Positions 17,000 through 24,657 of a stretch of 36,494 nucleotides of DNA are shown one piece after another; position 1 is the stretch's first letter; each line of letters starts with the position of its first letter. Source of the stretch: a virus (Duplodnaviria; Caudoviricetes). A model generated the notes under the pieces. It made no database searches. It was not told the DNA's origin and worked only from the letters and a program-made list of their open reading frames with translations. Where the stretch lies: IMG/VR virus record IMGVR_UViG_3300032300_000344, positions 1 through 36,494 of that record, one strand, 5' to 3'. Position numbers and translations under genes: made by a program.

Positions 17000-17254
17000 A
17001 TGGGTATGTTTTCAACCGCAACTGCCCCGCGCCTGCCAGCTGCGCCTTTTGCGTACAGTGAACCGTACATGTCGGGCGTGCTCAACGTGCTGGTCTTGTA
17101 TTTTCAGCAGCTCAACGGCGTGCAGCCCATCAATGTGGCAAGGCTCAACATCAACATTAACACCTTGCCAACGCAAGCAGACTTGGCTACCCTTCGAGAA
17201 GGTGACGTGTACAGAGACACCTCCGCAGGCAACGTGCTGAAAGTAAAAGTATGA
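17000..17254 (+). CDS. Short tail needle/plug-like protein (84 aa)
   Basis: ATG at 17000 follows the hub stop, with GGAG upstream; APRLPAAP..Y followed by an amphipathic helix (LNVLVLYFQQL). Role inferred from synteny with P22 gp26. Confidence 0.5.
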   Translation: MGMFSTATAPRLPAAPFAYSEPYMSGVLNVLVLYFQQLNGVQPINVARLNININTLPTQADLATLREGDVYRDTSAGNVLKVKV

Positions 17255-17628
17255 CACCCGACAAAATCCTTGAGAAAGTTATAGAAAAAGGCCAATTCCC
17301 CGGAATGGCTGTGGGTAACTTGCGTGCCGCAATAAACAATAACACTGAAAAGGGTGGCGGGTATTTACGTCAGGGCAATACGCTTTTTATGTATAAAATG
17401 ACAGACCCTAAAACCTTAGATTTTTATTGTTTTAGCATTGATAAACCCCAAAAATTAGCCAAAAATTTAGAGGACGTTTTTAGTTTATTTAAAAAATTTG
17501 GGGTTAAAAAAGCAATTACGCCGTATGACCAAGAAGCAACTAAACTGGCGTTTGACATAATTGCTGAAAAATTTAAAGTCAAAATATTAAATGAGCCTGC
17601 AGGTGTAGAAATTGAAGTGGAGTTGTAA
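17251..17628 (+). CDS. AT-rich hypothetical protein, possibly GNAT-like fold assembly factor
   Basis: Overlap-coupled on both sides; occupies the slot of T7 gp13 / P22 gp14; no catalytic motif recognised. Confidence 0.55.
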   Translation: MTPDKILEKVIEKGQFPGMAVGNLRAAINNNTEKGGGYLRQGNTLFMYKMTDPKTLDFYCFSIDKPQKLAKNLEDVFSLFKKFGVKKAITPYDQEATKLAFDIIAEKFKVKILNEPAGVEIEVEL

Positions 17629-20600
17629 TGGCAAGCATTTTTACAGATCCCCTTCGGTGGTTTGAGGACACAGTTAGAGCGTTTGATAATGCTATCAAGC
17701 CGATTGCTAATACAATCCAAAGGGTTACCTCTGACCCAAAAGCCATGTTGGCTTTTGCGTCATTTATTGTGCCGGGTTTGGGCCCTGCAGTTGGCGCGTA
17801 CATAACATCGGCACTTGGGGTTACTGCGGGCGCAGGGCTTAGTGCTGCCACCTTGGCCACAATTAACGCGGGTATAGGCTCCACCCTGATCAATACCGTT
17901 GCCAACGGAGGAGACCTTGAAAAAGCCGTCAGAACTACTGCTGCAACGTACCTCGGGGCGGAGGCAGGCGCTTATATAAAGAAAGCGGAAGTTTTTAACA
18001 GCCATGCGCTCAATAAAATAATTGAAAACGTAGGAACTGAAGCAACCAAAGCGATAGTCAATGGAACTCCTGCGGAAGACGCTATCCGAAGCGCGTTGAT
18101 TTCAGAGGGGGCAAATTACGTCGTTGAAAAGATGCCGGGCATCCCATACCAGCTTCAACACAGTATAAAAACTAACTTTGCAAAAGCAGCCGCAGGGAAG
18201 CCAACAGATCAACTCTTAGACGGCGCATTTTTAGAATCCTTGGTGCGGGGCACTGTTGTTGACTATGGTATATCAAATATACCCGGTCTTAACAAAATGG
18301 GGAAGATACCCGGCACTGAGGTTGACGCAAAGCAATTTGTTACCACGCTGATTAAAGATCAGATTGAAGGAAAATCATTAAACACAACAATTATTAACTA
18401 CGCAGTTTCTGAGGCAGCAAGGGAGTTTAAAAAGACCGTTGTAAATCAAATTTCAAACGGGGAAACTCTAAAGACGTTTAGCGGAGGTGAGTTTGGTGAG
18501 CGTGAACTGACAGAGGCGGAGATTAACAGAATCTATAACGCTGGCCTGTACGGTGGCTATGAAGCTGAGTTTGATGCTGTTGCAGAAGAGGCAAACACAC
18601 GCGCAAATAACGACTACATAATTACAAAAAATCATACAGCCAGTGACTTGGCGTACGCTAATCCTTCTGAAATTGACGAAATCATACAACGTGCTGAGGT
18701 GGATATTCCAGATGAGTTTGCAGCTGGGTTGGTGGGAAAGTCAGAGGCGTACGTTACGGATTTTGTGGCTGATTTTGAAGCGGGCCTTGATGCGGCTGTA
18801 GATACGTTTGTTGAAGAAACTGGGCGTGTTCCCACGGAACAAGAACTATTAGATGCACTTGGGTTTGACCCAGCTAGGCCACGCTTTGGGAAGCCCGAAG
18901 ATTTTGCTGGTGTTGTAGATAAAAACCTCACTTCCAGCGACGAGTTTAAGGATTTATTCCAAAAAACGGTTGGAAGAGAGCCAACTGCTGCGGAGTTTGG
19001 CTCCCTGTACGACGCAGACGTAGCGGAGCCCGATACCGCTAGGGTGACCAAAGTAGTCGACAATACACTTAAATATTTAAAAGAAAATGGTATCGAAGAC
19101 GATGGCTCTTTGGCTTTTGAGTTGGCCCTGCGTTACCCTGAATTAAGCAGCCCCGCATATACGTACGCCCGTATGTATAAGAAGCTAAAAGAAGAGGGCA
19201 TGCCAACTGACAGCGATACTGTAATTGGGCTTGAGACAACTACGGACGTTAACAAATATATTGCCGATAATGACGCAAAGTACACATCTCCAAAAGAAGC
19301 TTACGCGCTGTACAAAAAAGAAACAGGCGACACTGCAACCCCAGAGCTGGTTGCAGACTACATTGGCAAATCTGAAGCGGACGCAGCTTCCCTCCTCGAT
19401 AAAAACTACACCAACTTAGAAGAGGCGCGGGCGCTATATACCGCAGAAACAGGAAAAAATGCCAACTTTATAGACTTGGACAACTACATTGGCAAGTCTG
19501 AAGACGCGGCCCTGCGTGAAATTGACCAAGCATACTCTTCCGAATCAGAGGCGGGGGCAATATACAAGGACCTTTTTGACAGAGAACCAACAACAGCCGA
19601 ATTGGCTCAGTTTATTGGCATACCAGAATCAGATTTGCAAGGTCGTGTTAGTGCGGCCCGTCAAGCTGAAATAGACCGAGAAGACGATGGTTTTGGGGGG
19701 ATGATACCTAGTACAACTTTAGCGGACAAAACAAAAGCAAAAGCGCTGTACAGGGAAATCTTTGGCAAAACCGCAACCGTAGCCGAATACACGCCGTATA
19801 TTGGCATGCCAGAGAACTTTGCTAAAGCCGCCATTCAAGGCGCGGAGTACGATTTTATAGAGCGCACCCTTGAAGGCAAGGGGTTGACAGTCGACGACGA
19901 AACCGTAAAACAGCTGGCCGACACTGCGGGTGCGGCGCTAACAAACGCAAATAATTACGCCACCGCAGTAACGCGTCTTACTGCGGAAGGGATGCCAACG
20001 GACCCGGCCACGGCCGTCGGTTTGCTTAGCTCGTCAAAATTAAGTGCGTACGTTAGAAACAATGATGCGCGGTACACCTCTTCAGCAGAAGCTGCTGATT
20101 TATACAAAGCGGAAACAGGTGGGGCTGGAAGTCAAACTAATTTTCAGGCGTATATTGGTATGCCCGAAGACGAGGTTAGGTCGCAGTTCGATCAAGGGTT
20201 TACCACCACAAGAGAAGCGCAAGATATCTACAGGGCGGAAAGGGGAAAGAGCGCTACCGCCCATGACGTTTACTACATGGTCGGTAAACCAGAAGCGGAA
20301 GTAACTTCCATACTTGATGCAGGTTACACCTCCGCATGGGAAGCTGAAGCACTCTACATGGATATTTACGGCCGCTACCCAACAACAACACAACTATCAC
20401 AATTTTTAGGTAAACCGGAAGCCGAAGTAACCTCAGAATTAGAACGGTTGTTTGAAGTTGATCAGAAAGCGGAAGTTACGCGCAAAGCGGAGGAGGCGCG
20501 TATAGCAGATGAGACGCGCAAAGCGGAGGAAGACCGCGTGGCGAAAGTTGCAGCTCTGGACGATGAGTTTGGCGACTACCAAGGCGCGATTGACAGAAAC

Positions 20601-23600
20601 GCCAGTGCTGCAACCAAGATTGCATATGGGGATGCGTACAACGGCGCTCGCAATCTTGCCAAACTTGAGGGCAGAGACCCAGACAAGGCGCTGTTCTCTT
20701 GGACCGACCCCAAGACTGGCGTGACTGGCAAATACGTGGCTCTTTCTCGGGACAAACTCAAAGCTCAAGAGGCGGCAGATAAAGCACGCAAAGACATGGT
20801 GCGCGTGTATCCAGACACAAGCAACTACTCAAACGAAGGGCGCAACAACCCCGCCCCCAAGACAGACACAAGCAACTACTCAAACGAGGGGCGCAGCAGG
20901 CCCGCTAACGCAGAAAACATTTACATCAATACCAAAACTGGCGATATTGTTGAAGACGATAGGGTTTATGACGCTTTGGGCAATTTGATGAGTGGCACTA
21001 TTGGTACTGCCGACGACGACACAGTTGTAGCCGCAATGTCAACTGCTGTAGGCTCAGCCATCCGCACCGGGCTTGATGTGGGCGCTGGCCTGATTAAAAG
21101 CGGCGGAAGCATTATTGAGACTGCTGGAACCATCTACGGTTTGTTTGGCGGCGACATGGATAACGCCGCTGTCAAGACCGGCGCTCAAATAAAAGCTGCG
21201 GTTGACAGCATGCGGTCCAATGAGTTTAAGGCCGACCAAAAGCTTATGAACGACGCCATTAAGAAAGCTGGCGGCGAAAGTGAATGGCTGGCCGCGTGGG
21301 AAACCGCAAAGCAATATGGCATGAACCCGATACAAACTGCGGCTTTTGTTGTGGAGCAGGGCGTGAGTTTGTTGGTTGGTGGCGGCGCAATGATGGTGGC
21401 CAGAGGTTTGGGCGCTGGCTTGGCAGTAGCTGAGACAGCATCTTTGGCGGCAGGCGCTTTGATTCAGGGCGGAAGCGTTGCAAAAGAAACTTATGATGAG
21501 TTGAAGAAACAAGACGTACCGGAAGATGAGGCGAAGGACCGTGCGCGTGCTGTTTTGGGGATAAGTAGTGTTGTTTCCGCAATTGCAAACAAGTACATTC
21601 CCGGCGCAATGTCCAATGAACAAATTTTTGCAGCCAAAACAGCAATTGCGACATCCCTCAAAACCGCACTTAAAGGAGAAATGTCCGCTGAGTTGGTTGA
21701 AGAAACGGCGGGCAAAATTGCCAGCAACATCGCAACCGGCAAACCTTGGTCCTCGGAGCTGGGTACTACAGCCGTGCAAGCATTGATTGGAAGCGGTGTT
21801 GTTACTGGCTTAACGCACACCAATCAAGGACCTCTTGACCCAGTTAACTCCACCCCGCCAACGCCATTTGATAACGTTACTGCAGATCAAATTGACGACG
21901 TGGTTGATGGTTTCAAAGCCAAAGGCTACACACCGACTCAGCAGGACTTGGTTAAAGTTCTTCAAAATGCACCTAACGCATCTGGCGCAGACCTTAAAAA
22001 AGCTGCATCCGAATATGCGCAAGACACAAAAGACTCGGCGGCGGCAAAAGAAGACCCGTTGAAGTTTTTGAAGGATTCGGGTCTTGACGATAACTTTGAA
22101 CGCGCCTTGCAAGAAGACCCTGCTGCGGCCCAAGAGTTCCTGACTCAACTGGAAGCTGGCAATCCAAAGGCTGCGGTTGGCGCTTTAAACACCACCTATT
22201 CGGATCAGGCTGCCGCCGAAGCCAAGGCTGCCGCAGATGCCGCCGCCGCCAAAGCCAAGGCTGCTGCCGATGCTCAAGCCGCTGCGGAAGCTGCTGCTGC
22301 CGCCTCTAAAGCCGCCGCTGAAAAGGCCGAGGCAGATGCTAGGGCTGCCGCTGCAAAGGCTGCTGCAGAAGCAAAGGCTGCTGCGGAGGCTCAAGCAAAA
22401 GCCAAAGCCGAGGCAGATGCCGCCGCCGCTGCCGCCAAAAAGGCCAAAGAAGAGGCTGACGCCAAAGCCGCTGCGGACGCCAAAGCCGCCGCCGAAGCCA
22501 AGGCTGCCGCAGATGCCGCTGCCGCCAAGGCTGCCAAGGATGCCGCTGATGCTGCCGCTGCAAAAGCTGCTGCAGAAGCAAAGGCTGCCGCCGAAAAAGC
22601 TGCTGCAGAGGCTAAGGCTGCGGCAGAGGCCAAAGCTGCTGCGGACGCCGCTGCCGAAAAAGCTGCCGCAGAAGCCAAAGCTGCTGCCGAAAAAGCTGCC
22701 GCAGAAGCCAAAGCCGCCGAAGAGGCCAAGGCCGCTGCAGAGGCAAAAGCTACTGCTGAAAAAGCCGAAGCCGACGCTAAGGCTAAGGCGGATGCCAAGG
22801 CTGCGGCAGAGGCTAAGGCTGCTGCTGAAAAAGCTGCTGCTGATGCAGAGGCTGCACGTTTGGCGGCAGAGGAGAGCGCCCGAGTAGCAGAGCAAACTCG
22901 CTTGGCCGAGGAGGCTCGCGTTGCGGAGGAGGCGCGTGTAGCCGCCCAAAAAGAAGCCGACCGGCAGGCTCAACTGGCAGCGGAGGCAAAAGCTAGGCAA
23001 GATGCGGAAGAGGCAGCCAAAGCGGAAGAATTGCGCCGGATTGCTCAAGAAGAGGCTGACGCCAAAGCCGCAGAAATAGAACGTGCTCGTGTAGCCGAAG
23101 AGCAGCGACAGGCAGAAATTGAGGTGGAAAAGGTGCGCGTAGCCGAGCAAGAGCGCATAGCAGAGGAGGCTCGCGTGGCAAAACAAGCCCGCTTGGCCGA
23201 AGAAGCTCGCTTAGCGGAAGAGGCGCGTGCGGCTGCGCAGGCAGAGGCGGATCGTCAGGCGCAACTGGCTGAGGACGCAAGAATAAGGGCGGATGAGGAA
23301 GCTCGAGCTCAAGCCGAAGAGTTGCGTCGGTTGGCCCAAGAGGAGGCGGACAAGAAGGCAGAAGAGGCGGCACGCGCCCAAGCCGAAGCCGAGCGTCAGG
23401 CTGAAATCGAAAGACAAGCTGAAGCTGAACGTCAGGCAGAAATTGAAAGGCAGGCAGAGGCCGAACGAGTGGCAGAAGCCAAGCGTCAAGCTGATGCCAA
23501 GGCCGCAGAAGACGCTCGCCTTGCAGAAGAGGCGCGTGTGGCCGAGGAGCAGCGGCAGGCAGAGGCTCGGAAGCAGGCTGAAGTAAAGGCGGCGGAAGAT

Positions 23601-24656
23601 GCCCGTATTGCAGCCCAAGCTGAAGCTGATCGCCAAGCTCAGTTGGCCGCAGATGCGCAAGCTGCAAAAGATGCTGAAGCCGCCGCTCAGGCAGAAGAGT
23701 TGCGCCGTATTGCGCAGGAGGAGGCTGACGCACGCGCCGCCGAACTAGAGCGGATTAGGCTTGAGGCTGAAACCAAGCCGCCTGTTACACCCCCAACTGA
23801 ACCCGTGGTTACGCCTCCGGTTGATCCTGTGGTGACGCCCCCAACTGATCCCGAGCTGGAAAAAGTTTTGGAGGAAGGAACCGATCCCGTTACGGAAGAG
23901 GATTTAAACGACATTTTGAACCCCACCCCTCCGGTGAATCCGCCAGTCACGCCTCCAGTTGACCCCGTTGTCACTCCCGACACCGGAACTACGCCCGACA
24001 TTGACACCAATCCGGACATTGACACCAATCCGGACATTGACACCAATCCGGACACCGACACCAATCCGGACATTGACACCAATCCGGACATTGACACCAA
24101 TCCGGACATTGACACCAATCCGGACATTGACACCAATCCGGATATAGGTATAAACCCTGACATCAACCCCAATCCGGATATCAACCCAAATCCGGACATC
24201 GTCGATGAACCTGATTTAGAACCCGATACCGATACCAATCCAGACCCCGATACTGGCGTTAATCCAGACCCCGATACTGGCGTTAATCCAGACCCCGATC
24301 CGGACACTGATCCTGAATTGCCACCGCCAGTTGACCCTAATCCGGTTGACCCTAAGCCGGTCAATCCAAAACCAGTCAATCCAAAACCAGTCAATCCAAA
24401 GCCAGTCAATCCGAAGCCGGTCGAAAATTTACCCGATCTGGCGTCTTTGATAAGTTTATTGGGAATATCTCAAACTCCCGGTAGTAGCTCTAGCCCAACC
24501 GGGCTTGCAGATATACAATTGATGGAAGAAATCTTTGGTTTGAACCTCTTTGCCAGAGACCCCGGCAGCATTTCAGTGAAAGACGCTGCAGCGGGAAAGC
24601 GAAACTTTAACAACGGTGGGTCAATCGAAGACCTGCTGCACCTTCTGAGGGGTTGA
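17628..24656 (+). CDS. Giant repetitive putative internal virion/ejection protein (2342 aa)
   Basis: Uninterrupted 7-kb ORF; hydrophobic Gly/Ala segments, 42-aa repeats, Ala/Lys and Glu/Arg helical tracts, Pro/Asp tandem repeats, C-terminal FNNGG. Confidence 0.8.
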   Translation: MASIFTDPLRWFEDTVRAFDNAIKPIANTIQRVTSDPKAMLAFASFIVPGLGPAVGAYITSALGVTAGAGLSAATLATINAGIGSTLINTVANGGDLEKAVRTTAATYLGAEAGAYIKKAEVFNSHALNKIIENVGTEATKAIVNGTPAEDAIRSALISEGANYVVEKMPGIPYQLQHSIKTNFAKAAAGKPTDQLLDGAFLESLVRGTVVDYGISNIPGLNKMGKIPGTEVDAKQFVTTLIKDQIEGKSLNTTIINYAVSEAAREFKKTVVNQISNGETLKTFSGGEFGERELTEAEINRIYNAGLYGGYEAEFDAVAEEANTRANNDYIITKNHTASDLAYANPSEIDEIIQRAEVDIPDEFAAGLVGKSEAYVTDFVADFEAGLDAAVDTFVEETGRVPTEQELLDALGFDPARPRFGKPEDFAGVVDKNLTSSDEFKDLFQKTVGREPTAAEFGSLYDADVAEPDTARVTKVVDNTLKYLKENGIEDDGSLAFELALRYPELSSPAYTYARMYKKLKEEGMPTDSDTVIGLETTTDVNKYIADNDAKYTSPKEAYALYKKETGDTATPELVADYIGKSEADAASLLDKNYTNLEEARALYTAETGKNANFIDLDNYIGKSEDAALREIDQAYSSESEAGAIYKDLFDREPTTAELAQFIGIPESDLQGRVSAARQAEIDREDDGFGGMIPSTTLADKTKAKALYREIFGKTATVAEYTPYIGMPENFAKAAIQGAEYDFIERTLEGKGLTVDDETVKQLADTAGAALTNANNYATAVTRLTAEGMPTDPATAVGLLSSSKLSAYVRNNDARYTSSAEAADLYKAETGGAGSQTNFQAYIGMPEDEVRSQFDQGFTTTREAQDIYRAERGKSATAHDVYYMVGKPEAEVTSILDAGYTSAWEAEALYMDIYGRYPTTTQLSQFLGKPEAEVTSELERLFEVDQKAEVTRKAEEARIADETRKAEEDRVAKVAALDDEFGDYQGAIDRNASAATKIAYGDAYNGARNLAKLEGRDPDKALFSWTDPKTGVTGKYVALSRDKLKAQEAADKARKDMVRVYPDTSNYSNEGRNNPAPKTDTSNYSNEGRSRPANAENIYINTKTGDIVEDDRVYDALGNLMSGTIGTADDDTVVAAMSTAVGSAIRTGLDVGAGLIKSGGSIIETAGTIYGLFGGDMDNAAVKTGAQIKAAVDSMRSNEFKADQKLMNDAIKKAGGESEWLAAWETAKQYGMNPIQTAAFVVEQGVSLLVGGGAMMVARGLGAGLAVAETASLAAGALIQGGSVAKETYDELKKQDVPEDEAKDRARAVLGISSVVSAIANKYIPGAMSNEQIFAAKTAIATSLKTALKGEMSAELVEETAGKIASNIATGKPWSSELGTTAVQALIGSGVVTGLTHTNQGPLDPVNSTPPTPFDNVTADQIDDVVDGFKAKGYTPTQQDLVKVLQNAPNASGADLKKAASEYAQDTKDSAAAKEDPLKFLKDSGLDDNFERALQEDPAAAQEFLTQLEAGNPKAAVGALNTTYSDQAAAEAKAAADAAAAKAKAAADAQAAAEAAAAASKAAAEKAEADARAAAAKAAAEAKAAAEAQAKAKAEADAAAAAAKKAKEEADAKAAADAKAAAEAKAAADAAAAKAAKDAADAAAAKAAAEAKAAAEKAAAEAKAAAEAKAAADAAAEKAAAEAKAAAEKAAAEAKAAEEAKAAAEAKATAEKAEADAKAKADAKAAAEAKAAAEKAAADAEAARLAAEESARVAEQTRLAEEARVAEEARVAAQKEADRQAQLAAEAKARQDAEEAAKAEELRRIAQEEADAKAAEIERARVAEEQRQAEIEVEKVRVAEQERIAEEARVAKQARLAEEARLAEEARAAAQAEADRQAQLAEDARIRADEEARAQAEELRRLAQEEADKKAEEAARAQAEAERQAEIERQAEAERQAEIERQAEAERVAEAKRQADAKAAEDARLAEEARVAEEQRQAEARKQAEVKAAEDARIAAQAEADRQAQLAADAQAAKDAEAAAQAEELRRIAQEEADARAAELERIRLEAETKPPVTPPTEPVVTPPVDPVVTPPTDPELEKVLEEGTDPVTEEDLNDILNPTPPVNPPVTPPVDPVVTPDTGTTPDIDTNPDIDTNPDIDTNPDTDTNPDIDTNPDIDTNPDIDTNPDIDTNPDIGINPDINPNPDINPNPDIVDEPDLEPDTDTNPDPDTGVNPDPDTGVNPDPDPDTDPELPPPVDPNPVDPKPVNPKPVNPKPVNPKPVNPKPVENLPDLASLISLLGISQTPGSSSSPTGLADIQLMEEIFGLNLFARDPGSISVKDAAAGKRNFNNGGSIEDLLHLLRG
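19281..20450 (+). repeat. Degenerate 42-aa protein repeats in two blocks of three
   Basis: Units start YTSPKEA, YTNLEEA, YSSESEA and YTSSAEA, FTTTREA, YTSAWEA; the blocks start at 19281 and 20073. Confidence 0.8.
22209..23772 (+). repeat. Low-complexity coding repeat: Ala/Lys (AEAKAA) tract followed by Glu/Arg/Ala/Gln tract
   Basis: Seen directly in the translation; about 520 residues with no Pro or Gly. Confidence 0.9.
23997..24140 (+). repeat. 18-bp tandem repeat x8 (GACATTGACACCAATCCG; DIDTNP)
   Basis: Seven identical units and one variant (GACACCGAC..., unit 4). Confidence 0.95.
24237..24299 (+). repeat. 24-bp tandem repeat x2.6 (NPDPDTGV)
   Basis: AATCCAGACCCCGATACTGGCGTT twice plus a partial copy. 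Confidence 0.9.
24330..24422 (+). repeat. 15-bp degenerate tandem repeat x6 (V[DN]P[NK]P)
   Basis: VDPNP VDPKP VNPKP x4. Confidence 0.9.
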
Positions 24657-24657
24657 T

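Noticed and set aside
23997-24140. Regular repeat array as a possible CRISPR
   Set aside because: Units are head-to-tail 18-mers with no unique spacers and lie in frame within a CDS; no cas genes are present.
22185-24409. Long antisense and alternative-frame ORFs (e.g. 22185-23186, 22993-23733, 23687-24409)
   Set aside because: Shadows of low-complexity codon repeats that lack stops in other frames; no protein-like features.
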